Program-made: the position numbers and the translations under genes
Source of the DNA: Candidatus Nitrospinota bacterium M3_3B_026
Lineage (GTDB): Bacteria > Nitrospinota_A > UBA7883 > JBPRGF01
Assembly: GCA_051418015.1 (NCBI GenBank)
Contig: JBPRGF010000033.1
Location: 394,698 to 458,697 of the forward strand
Length of the DNA: 64,000 nucleotides
Direction of reading: 5' to 3'
Notes under the pieces: generated by a model
Told to the model about the DNA's origin: nothing
Seen by the model: the letters and a program-made list of their open reading frames with translations, nothing else
The model's database searches: none
Part shown: positions 19,516 to 29,888 of the stretch, piece by piece
Position numbering within the stretch: the stretch's first letter is position 1
Layout: each line of letters starts with the position of its first letter

Positions 19516-20583
19516 TCAATCCTTCTCCTTCTCCAGCCTCACCTTTTCCGCCTCGATCTTCTCCTCAAGAAATTTCTTGTACCTGTCGTTGCGGGCCATT
19601 TTCTCATCCGCCTTCGCCCGCGCGTCCTCGTTTTCGGTCTTGCTGCGCTCCTCTTTCAGGGCGGCGGTCTCCTCCACCATCTGCTCAAGCCGCGATTTCA
19701 GATCCTCCAGCAACGCGGCGCGCTCCGCCTTTTTGAAGACTTTTTCCTCGGCGCCCTCTCTTTCGCCGTCTTCCTCTTTTTTTTCCGGTACCGGCTCCGG
19801 GATGAAGACTTTTTCGGGAGGGAGGGCGCGCTGGTTCATGAAGGTGGGAGAGACTATCTCTATGCCATGCCCGCTCAGGGAGTCCAGTATGTTCTCTCGC
19901 AGCCGCGAGCGGGTGGAGATCAGTGTCTTCACGTCCTCCAGGAAACCGGAGGCGCGATAGGTGACCGAGAAATCGCCCAACTCCAGAACATGGACAAAGG
20001 GATCCTTCAGCTTCGTCCTCTCCACCGCCTCGATCAACGCCTTTTCCACCTTGGCGCGCGGGACATCATACCCAAGCGACACGCGGGCGGAGACTATCGT
20101 CCCCGAGGAGCGGATGACCGTCACCGGCTGCGTCACCAGCAGAAGGTTGGATATCGTCGTAAGCTCGCTCTTTTCGGTTTGTATCTCGGCGCTCAATATC
20201 CCCTGCTCCGTGACGCGCCCGAACTCGCCGCCGACCTTGATAAAATCGCCGGGGCGGAATTTTTTCATTCCCCGAACCATGAGGCCCGCCATGGCGTTAC
20301 CCACGAACGTTGTCGAAGAGAGGGTTATCACGGCGCTTATGACTATCCCCACGAGGGTCAAAAGCTGCGAGCGGGTGGAATCCTCCACTGGAAGCGCGAT
20401 GATCGCCCCCACAAGACCCACACCGACCAGGGCGAGGATTATGAGGCCCCGCAACAGGGTGTGCTGGCTGGAAAACTCCGGGTACCTTGCGAAAATCCGC
20501 TGGACGCCGTAAACCAGCAGAGCGGCTACTATGAACACCGCCAGAAATGGCCAGAACTCAACCAGCCTGCCTAGAATATCCAA
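19516..20583 (-). CDS. small-conductance mechanosensitive channel (MscS family) with a roughly 95-aa K/E-rich C-terminal tail
   Basis: 355 aa; 3 TM then the MscS beta-domain (IKVGGEFGRVTEQGILSAEIQT); the tail PEKKEEDGEREGAEEK...EKVRLEKEKD is a predicted charged coiled-coil. Confidence 0.8.
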   Translation of the reverse strand: MDILGRLVEFWPFLAVFIVAALLVYGVQRIFARYPEFSSQHTLLRGLIILALVGVGLVGAIIALPVEDSTRSQLLTLVGIVISAVITLSSTTFVGNAMAGLMVRGMKKFRPGDFIKVGGEFGRVTEQGILSAEIQTEKSELTTISNLLLVTQPVTVIRSSGTIVSARVSLGYDVPRAKVEKALIEAVERTKLKDPFVHVLELGDFSVTYRASGFLEDVKTLISTRSRLRENILDSLSGHGIEIVSPTFMNQRALPPEKVFIPEPVPEKKEEDGEREGAEEKVFKKAERAALLEDLKSRLEQMVEETAALKEERSKTENEDARAKADEKMARNDRYKKFLEEKIEAEKVRLEKEKD

Positions 20584-20605
20584 ACCACCTCCATTGTTCT
20601 CTCCG

Positions 20606-21358
20606 TCAGTCCTCTTCCACCCAGCCCATCCTGGCGAATATGGGCCAGTGAACGATCCTCTCCACCTCCGGCCCGCCCCATGCCTCGGCGATCTCGGAGG
20701 ATATCCTCTCCAGCGGTTCGTAGCCCCTATCGTCCCTGAACCGTTTCACGGACGACCATGTCCCCAGATACCCCAGGAACATGTCCGCCGTCCAGAGCGC
20801 CTGCATCGTGAAAAAGAGGCTCTCTGTTTTTTCGAAGTCGAATGGAATGGTCCTGTACTCCTCGTCTATGTAGCGCCTCTCCGGCGGCCAGTAGGGGCCA
20901 AGAATTTTTTCATAGAGATGGGATGTGATCCCGTCGATCTCCGGTGACACGTTCGCCAGGCCGTAGACCCAAGCCGCCACGGCGCCGCCGGGCCTCAACA
21001 CACGTTTGGCTTCCCTATAGAACTTGTCCAGGTCGAACCAGTGCAGCGCCTGCGCCACTGTTACAAGATCCACGCTGTCGTCTTTCAGGCAGCACTCCTC
21101 GGCCCTCGCCACAACACGATGAACGCCCGCGCGTCCGGCGGCTTTCTCCAGAAGCCGCAGGCTTATGTCCGTGCCCACCACAACGTCGAAATAGTCCGCC
21201 AGTTTCCCCGCCGCCTTGCCAGTCCCGCATCCGGCGTCCCAGGCGGCCTTTTTGCCGGGGACTTTGCCCGCGACCGTATCGAAAAGGGTTACGGGATAGT
21301 CCGGCCTGTAGGTCGCGTATTCGCTGGACCGTTCCGAAAAATAGTCCCTGTAGCTCAT
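20606..21358 (-). CDS. class I SAM-dependent methyltransferase
   Basis: Motif I DAGCGTGKAAGKL; start chosen at MSYRDYF (ATG 21358) rather than the upstream 21424. Confidence 0.75.
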   Translation of the reverse strand: MSYRDYFSERSSEYATYRPDYPVTLFDTVAGKVPGKKAAWDAGCGTGKAAGKLADYFDVVVGTDISLRLLEKAAGRAGVHRVVARAEECCLKDDSVDLVTVAQALHWFDLDKFYREAKRVLRPGGAVAAWVYGLANVSPEIDGITSHLYEKILGPYWPPERRYIDEEYRTIPFDFEKTESLFFTMQALWTADMFLGYLGTWSSVKRFRDDRGYEPLERISSEIAEAWGGPEVERIVHWPIFARMGWVEED

Positions 21359-21383
21359 GGGAGGGGAAAGGAGGCGGGGACTT

Positions 21384-22178
21384 TCAATCCATCTCCATTT
21401 CCATGTCGAGGTCGTCCTGGTCATGGATGAATTTCCTGAGCTTCGCGCGCAGTCTCAGGACGAGCTTGGTGTGTATCTGGGAGACGCGGGACTCGGTTAT
21501 GCCGAGCACTTCCCCTATCTCCTTCATGGTGAGTTCCTCGTAGTAGTAGAGGGAGACCACCAGCCGCTCTTTCTCCGGGAGCATGTCTATGGCCCGGGCG
21601 ATGATGGACCGTATCTCCTCCAGCCGGGCGAGCGTCTCCGGGTCGGTCTCCTTGGTGCCTGCCAGCACCTCCATCAGGTCGCGTTTCTCTCCGTCCCTGC
21701 TCACGCCCCCCAGGTCCTCCACGGAAAGGATCGCCTGTCCCGCGGCGCTTTTCAGGAGCTCGTGGAACTCCTCGATGGTGACCCCCATAGCCTCGGCCAC
21801 CTCGTGGTCCTCGGCGGGGCGGCCGAGCTTCTGCTCCAGGGCGGCGTAGGCGGCGGAGACGGCGGATGCCTTCTGGCGCACTGACCTTGGCACCCAGTCC
21901 TGGGAACGAAGCTCGTCCAGCATGGCGCCGCGGATTCTTATCTCCGCGTAGGTTTTAAACTGCGTCTCCTTGCCGGGGTTGTATTTTTCGATGGCGTCGA
22001 TCAGCCCTATGACGCCGGAGCTTATCAGGTCGTCCAGCTCGATGTGGGGAGGAAGACGCATGGCCAGCCGGTGGGCGACATATTTTATGAGCGGGGAGTA
22101 TTCCATGATGAGCTTGTCCGCCTCGGGCGTGCCGAGCCTGACCCCCGCCACGGGATTTTCCTGGTACTTGTTTCTCAT
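21384..22178 (-). CDS. fliA: flagellar RNA polymerase sigma factor (sigma-28 / FliA / WhiG)
   Basis: 264 aa; sigma-70 region 2/3/4 motifs (YSPLIKYVAHRL, IRGAMLDELR, ELTMKEIGEVLGITESRVSQIH); last gene of the flagellar operon. Confidence 0.9.
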   Translation of the reverse strand: MRNKYQENPVAGVRLGTPEADKLIMEYSPLIKYVAHRLAMRLPPHIELDDLISSGVIGLIDAIEKYNPGKETQFKTYAEIRIRGAMLDELRSQDWVPRSVRQKASAVSAAYAALEQKLGRPAEDHEVAEAMGVTIEEFHELLKSAAGQAILSVEDLGGVSRDGEKRDLMEVLAGTKETDPETLARLEEIRSIIARAIDMLPEKERLVVSLYYYEELTMKEIGEVLGITESRVSQIHTKLVLRLRAKLRKFIHDQDDLDMEMEMD

Positions 22179-22272
22179 TATCCTTTAGAGCCCCGTATCC
22201 GGCTGATTTTCTTTATTATAAATGGCGCGCGGACAGGTGTAAAGCTTGGTGATCCTCCTGGAACGGCGTCTT

Positions 22273-22506
22273 TCAACGCTTTTTCTCACCGCCCGGCGGA
22301 GGCTTCGGAGGCTTTGGGATCTCTACGGGGCCGTCGAAGAGGATAACGGCGAGCAGTTTGCCGAAGACGAAAAAGACCGCGCCCGCCGCCAGCGCCCTCA
22401 GCGCGGAGACACCGGACCCGGCGCCCGCCGTCATGGAGGCGAACCCGGCCACACCGAAAGCGAATATCCCCAGCGCCACGGAAAACCTTGTCGAAAAATC
22501 TTTCAT
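22273..22506 (-). CDS. hypothetical small membrane protein (77 aa, 2 predicted TM) between flhG and fliA
   Basis: MKDFSTRFSVALGIFAFGVAGFASM...; position inside the operon supports it, but a high-GC frame could be spurious. Confidence 0.35.
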   Translation of the reverse strand: MKDFSTRFSVALGIFAFGVAGFASMTAGAGSGVSALRALAAGAVFFVFGKLLAVILFDGPVEIPKPPKPPPGGEKKR

Positions 22507-22561
22507 CAAAAACCTCCGGCCCCGCGAGCAAAAAGGCGCGAGAGGCGCCACCGCGCCTCCG

Positions 22562-23419
22562 TCAGGACGCCAGGACCTTCTCCCATCCTATCCCTGCTGG
22601 AGCGTCGTTTTCCACGAGATTCTTCGCGATGCGCTTCAGGAGCCCGGCCGCTTTCGTGCCAGGATACTTTTCCATGAAGAGGCGCTGCTCCCGCACGGCA
22701 CGGGAAACCATCTCGTCCTGGGTGATATGCCCCAGGAGGTCTATCCTGATGTCCAGTCCGAACCTGTCCGCCACGCGGGCGAGCCGCTCGCTTACGGACT
22801 GGGCCTCGGCGGCGTTCTTCACGGAGTTCACTATCAGCCTGAAATCGCGCCTGTCGTATTCGCGGGAGAGCTTTTTCATGATCGCGTAGGCGTCGGCGAA
22901 GGCCGTCGGCTCCGTCGAGGTCACCACCACCAGCTCCCCGGCTGCGGAACAGAAGTACATGACGTTCGACGAGACACCCGCGCCCACGTCGAACAGGATG
23001 AAGTCATACTCCCGCTCCAGCGCCTCCAGCTCCGTCCTGAGAGCCAGCATCTCCTCGCCGGAAAGCTCGCTGCGCCTCCTTGCGCCGGAGCTGGCGGGCA
23101 GTATCTCCACTCCGCCGGGGCCTTTCACTATTATCTCGTCCATCGTCTTCTCGCCGGAAGCGACGTGGTCGAGGTTATAGCGCGGGGCGAGGCCGAGCAG
23201 AATGTGTATATTACCGAGCCCTATATCCGCGTCGAAGACAAGAGTCCTCTTACCCATGGAGGCGAAAGCGTATGCGAGGTTGGCCACGACGTTTGTCTTG
23301 CCCACCCCTCCTTTTCCGGACGCGACGGCTATCCCCCTCGCCTTTCCGGGACCTTCCGCGCCAGCCCCCCTCTTCTCAAACCCTCTGGCCATTTTCCTCA
23401 ACGATCCTGCCTGATCCAT
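22562..23419 (-). CDS. flhG: flagellar number regulator FlhG (MinD/ParA-type ATPase)
   Basis: 285 aa from ATG 23419; deviant Walker A GKGGVGKT; the 5' part of the 22562..24064 track ORF is run-on. Confidence 0.85.
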   Translation of the reverse strand: MDQAGSLRKMARGFEKRGAGAEGPGKARGIAVASGKGGVGKTNVVANLAYAFASMGKRTLVFDADIGLGNIHILLGLAPRYNLDHVASGEKTMDEIIVKGPGGVEILPASSGARRRSELSGEEMLALRTELEALEREYDFILFDVGAGVSSNVMYFCSAAGELVVVTSTEPTAFADAYAIMKKLSREYDRRDFRLIVNSVKNAAEAQSVSERLARVADRFGLDIRIDLLGHITQDEMVSRAVREQRLFMEKYPGTKAAGLLKRIAKNLVENDAPAGIGWEKVLAS

Positions 23420-23439
23420 CTTTATCTCCTGTCGTGTTT

Positions 23440-24702
23440 TCAGTTCGCTTTTTTTCTGTCTGTCCTGAAAAATCTGTTCAAAAGCCTCTTGGCCGTGGCC
23501 TCCTCCATGTCCTCCGGCACGCGCTGTCCCATGGTCAGATATGACACCGGAAGGCCGGTGGAAAGCTGCAGGCTTATGGCCCCGCCGAGTTCCACCGCCT
23601 CGTCCAGCTTGGTGAACACCAGGCCCGACACACCGAGCCTTCCAAAATTCCTGGCCGCCTCCGCCATCTGCCTGGCCGGCGAAGCGGCGGACAGGATGAG
23701 CCGGACGTCCATCCCCGGCGCCTTTTCGAAAAATCCCGAAAGCTCCTCTATGCTCTCCAGGTCCCGCTGGGACCTGCCGGCGGTGTCTATGAGGACGATG
23801 TCCTTCGACCGGAACTCGTCCAGCGCCACCGGAAGATCGCCGGGGTAAAGGACGACCCTGAGAGGTATCTTCAGAATCCTGGCGTATATCTTGAGCTGCT
23901 CTACGGCGGCTATCCTGTAGGTATCGATGGTCACGAGCCCCACCCTTGCGCCGGACTGGGCGAGGTTCGCCGCCAGCTTGGCCGCCGTCGTCGTCTTGCC
24001 GACGCCCGTGGGGCCCGCGAGGGCCACAACCTTCCGCCCCCCTTCCACAGGGGCCTCCAGCCACCCGCCGAAGGTGAGAGCCTTTTTCAGCCCGGCGGCG
24101 GCCACGTAAAGCAGGGTCTTCAGGTCCGGTTCCGGCCCCCCGGCGGCGTTTTCCCTTATCTCATCCACAAGCGCCTGGACATGCTCCGGGGCCAGCCCTT
24201 TGTCCCTCAGTATTCCCGCGAGGGCGGCTGTCCCTCTCCCCATCCTTTTTTCCGATTCCGTCCGCGAGCGTTCCATCAGGTGAGTCACCATCGACTTCAG
24301 CTCGCGCATCTCCTCCTCCAGCGCCGGGGCGGTGTCTTCCGTTCTCCTCGCCGCCAGCCCGGCGAGGCTCTTTCTCAAGCTCTCCATCTCCGCGAGAACA
24401 GGCTCCAGCGCCGCCGCTGTCCCGGCGTTCATGGCAGCCGCGGACAGGCGGGGCGGGGTGTTGTCCGGCTGTCCGCCCCTTTTCTCTTTGCGGGCGGCGG
24501 GGGCGGCGGCGGTGACCTTTATGACAGGCCGTCCGAACAGGCCGAAAGCGCCCGCGCCTTTCATAACCTTGTTGGACGAGAGAATCACCGCGTCCGGCCC
24601 CAAATCGCTTTTGACCATTCGCAGGGCCTCGCCCATGTCAACGGCCTCGTAGTGTTTGACCATCTGTCCCTGCGCGCCTGCCATAAAAGCTCCGCGTGTC
24701 AT
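23440..24702 (-). CDS. flhF: flagellar biosynthesis GTPase FlhF (SRP-type)
   Basis: 420 aa; SRP-GTPase motifs LAGPTGVGKTTTAAKLA and DTAGRSQRD. Confidence 0.88.
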   Translation of the reverse strand: MTRGAFMAGAQGQMVKHYEAVDMGEALRMVKSDLGPDAVILSSNKVMKGAGAFGLFGRPVIKVTAAAPAARKEKRGGQPDNTPPRLSAAAMNAGTAAALEPVLAEMESLRKSLAGLAARRTEDTAPALEEEMRELKSMVTHLMERSRTESEKRMGRGTAALAGILRDKGLAPEHVQALVDEIRENAAGGPEPDLKTLLYVAAAGLKKALTFGGWLEAPVEGGRKVVALAGPTGVGKTTTAAKLAANLAQSGARVGLVTIDTYRIAAVEQLKIYARILKIPLRVVLYPGDLPVALDEFRSKDIVLIDTAGRSQRDLESIEELSGFFEKAPGMDVRLILSAASPARQMAEAARNFGRLGVSGLVFTKLDEAVELGGAISLQLSTGLPVSYLTMGQRVPEDMEEATAKRLLNRFFRTDRKKAN

Positions 24703-26784
24703 TTACACGCTCACCACGCCGATGTTCTGTATCATCGTGTCCTGCGATATCTCGTTGTGGGATAGGATGTTGAGAGCCGGTATGAACCGCTCCACAAGCC
24801 GCCGCAACGGCAGCCTGACGGCCGGGTTCACCAGGAGGACAGGGTTCGCCCCACGCATGTCGAACTTGTCCATGCTCCCCTTCATGGCCTCAATGAGCTT
24901 CTGGGCGAAGTCGGGATCGAGGGCCAGGTATGAGCCGCTCTCGGTCGATTTCACCGCTCTCGTCAAGGTGTCTTCAAGCTCCGGGGCCATGGTTGTCACG
25001 GGCATGGTTTTGTCCTCCAGGCGCAGGGACTTGCTTATCTGCCTCGCCAGTCCGGCGCGGACGTATTCCGTCAGCACGTCGGTGTCCTTGGTGACGGGCG
25101 CGTAGTCGGCCAGCGTCTCCAGGATGGTCAGCAGATCGCGGATGGAGACGCCCTCCCTCAAAAGGTTCTGCATGACCTTCTGCGTCTGCCCGAGGGAGAG
25201 CAGCCCCGGGATGAGCTCCTCGACCACCTTGGGATGGGTCTCCTTGAAGGTGTCTATGAGATTCTGCGTCTCCTGGCGGCCCAGCAACTCGTGGGAATAC
25301 TGGCGGATGATCTCCTTTATGTGCGTGGTGACGACCGTGGCCGTGTCCACAACCGTGTAGCCTGCCATCTTCGCGCGCTCCTTATCCGCCTCGGCGACCC
25401 AGTAGGCCGGCAGGCCGAAGGTGGGGTCCTTCGTCTGGACGCCCGGGATTTTCGGCGCGTCCGGGCCGGGGCTTATGGCCAGGTAGTGGTTCATCCACAG
25501 TTCTCCCCTGGCCACTTCCACCCCCTTCACGAGGATGGTGTACTCGTTGGACTTGAGTTGCAGGTTGTCGCGGATATGAAGCGGGGGGACGATTATCCCC
25601 ATCTCAAGGGCAAACTGCCTGCGAACGGATTTTATCCTCTCCAGCAACTCGCCGTCCTGTGCGGCGTCCACGAGCGGTATCAGCTCGTAGCCTATCTCCA
25701 GCTCCATGACGTCCAGCGGCAGCAACGCCTCCACCCTCTCCGGGGCTGGCGCCTCTGCGGCCCTCTCCTCTTCCTCCCTCACTGCGGCGGCGGCCTCGGT
25801 CTCCATCTGGTAAAGGACATAGGCCAGGAAACCGGCCCCGGAGCCCAGCGTGACGAAGGCCAGCGTGGGCATCCCCGGCATCATGGCCAGGAGCGCCAGG
25901 AAACCCGCCGTTATGCCGAACGCCCTGGGGTTTATCATCAACTGCTGGGCGAGCTGTCTGCCAAGGTCGGTGGTGCCCACGGCCCGGGTCACGACCAGGC
26001 CCGCGGAGGTGGATATTATGAGAGAAGGCAGCTGCGAGACAAGGCCGTCGCCCACCGTCAGGATGGTGTAGACCCGGGCCGCCTCGGCGATGGTCAACCC
26101 CTGCTGGAGCACGCCTATGGCGAAGCCGGCGGCGATATTTATCAGCGTTATTATTATTCCGGCGACGACGTCCCCCCGGACGAACTTCAGCGCGCCGTCC
26201 ATCGCCCCGTAGAAGCTGGCTTCGTCCTCAAGGGCCTTGCGCCTGTTCTTCGCATCCTCCTCGGATATTATCCCTGCGTTCAGGTCGGCGTCTATGCTCA
26301 TCTGCTTGCCCGGCATGGCGTCGAGGGTGAACCTGGCGGCGACCTCGGAGGTCCTGGTGGAGCCCTGGGTTATGACCTTGTAGTTTATGATGACCAGGAT
26401 GGCGAAGACGACTATGCCCACGATGTAATTGCCGCCCACCACGTACTGGCCGAAAGACTCTATCACCTTCCCCGCCGCGTCCGTGCCCTCGTTACCGTGC
26501 AACAGGATGAGCCGCGTCGAAGCGACGTTCAGCGACAGGCGGAAGATCGCCAGCACCAGAAGCAGTGACGGGAACGCCGAGAAGCTCAAGGGGCTGGAAA
26601 GATAGATGGCGACCAAAAGAACCACCAGACCCAGGGTGATGGAGGTCGAAAGCAGAAGGTCGAGAAGGACCGGCGGGACGGGGATCACCATCACGATGAG
26701 GATCCCCACCACGGCTATGGCCAACGCCACATCCGCGTTCTTCGTTATCATCTCGGCTCTCGCCGCCGCTGTAGCTTCCGCCAT
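24703..26784 (-). CDS. flhA: flagellar type III export apparatus protein FlhA
   Basis: 693 aa; N-terminal 8-TM region then the FHIPEP cytoplasmic domain. Confidence 0.93.
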   Translation of the reverse strand: MAEATAAARAEMITKNADVALAIAVVGILIVMVIPVPPVLLDLLLSTSITLGLVVLLVAIYLSSPLSFSAFPSLLLVLAIFRLSLNVASTRLILLHGNEGTDAAGKVIESFGQYVVGGNYIVGIVVFAILVIINYKVITQGSTRTSEVAARFTLDAMPGKQMSIDADLNAGIISEEDAKNRRKALEDEASFYGAMDGALKFVRGDVVAGIIITLINIAAGFAIGVLQQGLTIAEAARVYTILTVGDGLVSQLPSLIISTSAGLVVTRAVGTTDLGRQLAQQLMINPRAFGITAGFLALLAMMPGMPTLAFVTLGSGAGFLAYVLYQMETEAAAAVREEEERAAEAPAPERVEALLPLDVMELEIGYELIPLVDAAQDGELLERIKSVRRQFALEMGIIVPPLHIRDNLQLKSNEYTILVKGVEVARGELWMNHYLAISPGPDAPKIPGVQTKDPTFGLPAYWVAEADKERAKMAGYTVVDTATVVTTHIKEIIRQYSHELLGRQETQNLIDTFKETHPKVVEELIPGLLSLGQTQKVMQNLLREGVSIRDLLTILETLADYAPVTKDTDVLTEYVRAGLARQISKSLRLEDKTMPVTTMAPELEDTLTRAVKSTESGSYLALDPDFAQKLIEAMKGSMDKFDMRGANPVLLVNPAVRLPLRRLVERFIPALNILSHNEISQDTMIQNIGVVSV

Positions 26785-26923
26785 CGCTCCTGAATTACTC
26801 CTCGATAAGTGTCAAAATTCCGCCGCTCCGGCCGCGCGCGCTTCGAGCGTCAAACTTCCGCCGCCGGATTTCTGGCGCTCACTGACTTCCGCGCCTTTCC
26901 GGCCCGCTCCATAACCTCTTGAT

Positions 26924-27994
26924 CTAAAAGACCCTGACCTTGAGCCTGTAAACATAGGCCAGGATCTCGGCCACGGCCTTGTAAAGCGATTCGGGGATCA
27001 TCTCCCCTACCTCTACATTCTTAAACAATGTCTGTGCCAGAGGCTTGTCCTCCATTATGGGAATGTCGTGTTCCTTTGCGATCTCCCTTATCTTCAACGC
27101 CATATGCCCCGCCCCCTTGGCCACGAGCACCGGCGCGGCGTCTTTTTCCCTGTCGTATCGGAGGGCCACGGAAAGGTGGGTGGGGTTGGTTATTATCACC
27201 TCCGCCTCCGGCACGCCGGCCATCATCCTGGTCCTGAATATCTCGAACTGCTTCTGCCTGATCCTCGACTTCACGATCGGATCGCCCTCTCTTTCCTTGC
27301 GCTCGTCTCTCACCTCCTGCTTGGACATCTTCATGCTTTCGTGGTGCCTGTATTTCTGGTAGGCGAAATCAGCGATGGCTATCAGCAGCAGCGCCAGGAG
27401 AACCTTGATCATCAGCCAGAAGGTCTCGTCGCCAAGCATCTGGAGAGTCTGCTCCACCGGCAGCTCCATCAGGACGGGGACCCTTTTCCACTCCTCGAAC
27501 AGCGAATAGTAGACCGCCACGGCCACCAACCCCAGCTTGGCCAGGGATTTCACGAGGTTGTTCAGACCCTCCAGCCCCAGAAACTTCTTCCATCCGGTGA
27601 GAGGGTTCAGCTTGTTGAACTTCGGCGTGATCGGGTCCCAGGAGAATATCCACCCATCGTTCTGCCAGACGTTGGAGATCACCCCGGCCACCGCCACGGT
27701 GAAAAGGATCGGCGCCAGAATGAAAAACATTTCGCGAATCGTCATGTTCAGCAAGTGGTGGAGCGTGTCCGGCGTCACCTCGTATTCTCCAGCGGCGCTG
27801 AAATATTCGCGCCAGAGGCTGAGAATGCTCTCCAGAAAGTCAGTCCAGAAGAAGGTGAAAAAAAAGAGGGCCGACGTGAGGATGAAGACGGTGTTGACCT
27901 CCAGGCTCTTGGCGGTCCTGCCCTTCTTCCTGGTATCATCAAGGCGTTTTTCCGTAGGTTCTTCTGTTTTTGAATCCTTGTCCTCCTCCGCCAA
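26924..27994 (-). CDS. flhB: flagellar export apparatus protein FlhB
   Basis: 356 aa; autocleavage NPTH motif (ITNPTHLSVAL). Confidence 0.92.
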   Translation of the reverse strand: MAEEDKDSKTEEPTEKRLDDTRKKGRTAKSLEVNTVFILTSALFFFTFFWTDFLESILSLWREYFSAAGEYEVTPDTLHHLLNMTIREMFFILAPILFTVAVAGVISNVWQNDGWIFSWDPITPKFNKLNPLTGWKKFLGLEGLNNLVKSLAKLGLVAVAVYYSLFEEWKRVPVLMELPVEQTLQMLGDETFWLMIKVLLALLLIAIADFAYQKYRHHESMKMSKQEVRDERKEREGDPIVKSRIRQKQFEIFRTRMMAGVPEAEVIITNPTHLSVALRYDREKDAAPVLVAKGAGHMALKIREIAKEHDIPIMEDKPLAQTLFKNVEVGEMIPESLYKAVAEILAYVYRLKVRVF

Positions 27995-28013
27995 AGCTTC
28001 GCCTCACCCCCTT

Positions 28014-28793
28014 TCACATGACCGAGTAGGCCAGCCCGATGTCCATGAACAGCCTGTCGAAGGCGCGGCTCATGAACAGGCTGAAGGCGGGCAGGCATAT
28101 GGCGATGGTCAGAAGGCCGAGGGCGATGGTGAGCGGGAAGCCCACGATAAATATATTGATCTGCGGCACGGTCCTCGCGATAAGGCCCATGGCCGCCTGT
28201 TTCAAAAGCAGCGTCACGATCATGGGAGCGGCTATCTGCGCCGCCGTCACGTACACGGCCCCCATCGACCGTATAAAAATCTCCCCCAGCCCCGCGCTCA
28301 TGTCGAAGCCGCCGAGGGGTATCAGCGCGAAGCTGTCCGCCACGCCGGAAAGGAGCATGTGGTGGGCGTTGAGCGCCATGAAAAGCAACATCGCCGTTAT
28401 GTTCAGAAACTGGCCCGTTATGGAGACCTGCGCGTTGCTTATGGGGTCGACGACGTTCACGATACCGAACCCAATCTGGAACCCCACAACGCCCGCGGCA
28501 AGCTGCACGGCGGCGAAGACCATGTTGACCAGCGTCGCCGTGGCCAGCCCGATCATCGCCTCCCCCGCCACCAGCAGGCCCATTGTCCAGACATCCACGT
28601 CCACGGAGACGGACTGCTTGTCCACGAGCGGGAACATTATCACCGTGACCATGGCCGCGAGGCCCACCTTCACGTGGGATGGGACAGCCTGCCCGCCCAG
28701 CACCGGGACGAAGGCCAGGGCCGCTGTCACCCTCACGAAGACGAGCAGGAACGCCTGTATCCATTCAAGCTGAAAAGGAAACAGATCGGGCAC
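28014..28793 (-). CDS. fliR: flagellar export apparatus protein FliR
   Basis: 259 aa polytopic membrane protein between fliQ and flhB. Confidence 0.88.
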   Translation of the reverse strand: MPDLFPFQLEWIQAFLLVFVRVTAALAFVPVLGGQAVPSHVKVGLAAMVTVIMFPLVDKQSVSVDVDVWTMGLLVAGEAMIGLATATLVNMVFAAVQLAAGVVGFQIGFGIVNVVDPISNAQVSITGQFLNITAMLLFMALNAHHMLLSGVADSFALIPLGGFDMSAGLGEIFIRSMGAVYVTAAQIAAPMIVTLLLKQAAMGLIARTVPQINIFIVGFPLTIALGLLTIAICLPAFSLFMSRAFDRLFMDIGLAYSVM

Positions 28794-28806
28794 GGCCCGC
28801 CCTCCC

Positions 28807-29079
28807 CTACCTGATGTAGTTGGGGATGTTTATTATCACCTTCGTCGTGTAGCTGAGCATCATCTCGATCATCCACGGGAAAAAGATGAGAATCGAGACC
28901 ATCACGGCCAGAATCTTCGGGATGAAGGTGAGCGTCATTTCCTGTATCGACGTCACCGCCTGGAAAATCGAGACGGCGACGCCCACCAGGAGCCCGAACC
29001 CCAGCATCGGCGCCGCTATCATCAGGGCCATCCTCAGGCCCTCCGCGGCGAAGCTTACGACAAAATCGGGTGTTATCAT
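28807..29079 (-). CDS. fliQ: flagellar export apparatus protein FliQ
   Basis: 90 aa, 2 TM, typical size and position. Confidence 0.9.
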   Translation of the reverse strand: MITPDFVVSFAAEGLRMALMIAAPMLGFGLLVGVAVSIFQAVTSIQEMTLTFIPKILAVMVSILIFFPWMIEMMLSYTTKVIINIPNYIR

Positions 29080-29101
29080 AGCGCGCCTCCCTTGTTTTTC
29101 A

Positions 29102-29881
29102 TCAGATCGCGAAACTTTTGAGAAGTGAGCCGACGATCAAATACCACCCGTCCACAAGGACAAAAAGCATCAGCTTGAAAGGAAGCGATATCATGATCGG
29201 CGGCAGCATCATCATCCCCATTGACATCAACACCGAGGCGACAACCATGTCCAGCACCAGGAACGGTATGTAGATCAGGAAGCCGATGGTGAACGAGGTC
29301 CTCATCTCGGAGATGATGAAGGCGGGGATGACTATGTACGTCGGCACGTCGTCGATCGTCTCCGGCCTCTCGACGCCGGAAAGCTCCACGAAAAGCGCCA
29401 GATCCTTCTCCCTCGTCTGCGCCAGCATGAATTTTCTAAGTGGCGCTATGGCATTTCCGTAAGCCTCCTGCGCTCCTATTCTTTCCTGGTTGAATGGCAC
29501 GAAGGCGTCCTGATAAATCTTCCCGAAAACCGGGGCCATGATGAAAAAGGTCATGAACATCGCAAGCCCGGCTATCACCTGGTTAGGCGGCATGGTCTGC
29601 GTGCCCATGGCCTGCCGCAGAAAATGCATCACCACGATTATCCGGACGAACGAGGTCAGCGATATGAAGATGGACGGCGCTATGGACAGCACCGTCAGCA
29701 GGATCATGACCTTCAGCCCCGTGGCGATCCTGCCGGGCTCGGCCGTCTCTCCCAGGCTGATGTCTATTGTGGGCATCCCGCCAGCGGCCTGGGCGGACGC
29801 GGCGTCGGGAACGGCCAGAACCGCCAGCGCCGCCAGCGCCGTTATGGCCGCCGTTTTCGTGATTCGGCGTTCTTCCAGCAT
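29102..29881 (-). CDS. fliP: flagellar export apparatus protein FliP
   Basis: 259 aa; signal peptide then conserved FliP TM core (IVVMHFLRQAMGTQTMPPNQV). Confidence 0.92.
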   Translation of the reverse strand: MLEERRITKTAAITALAALAVLAVPDAASAQAAGGMPTIDISLGETAEPGRIATGLKVMILLTVLSIAPSIFISLTSFVRIIVVMHFLRQAMGTQTMPPNQVIAGLAMFMTFFIMAPVFGKIYQDAFVPFNQERIGAQEAYGNAIAPLRKFMLAQTREKDLALFVELSGVERPETIDDVPTYIVIPAFIISEMRTSFTIGFLIYIPFLVLDMVVASVLMSMGMMMLPPIMISLPFKLMLFVLVDGWYLIVGSLLKSFAI

Positions 29882-29888
29882 GGTTGTC

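Noticed and set aside
22562-24064. Single 500-aa track ORF spanning flhG and part of flhF
   Set aside because: The N-terminal roughly 215 aa are run-on in the wrong frame over flhF. flhG proper starts at ATG 23419 and flhF is the separate 23440..24702 ORF.
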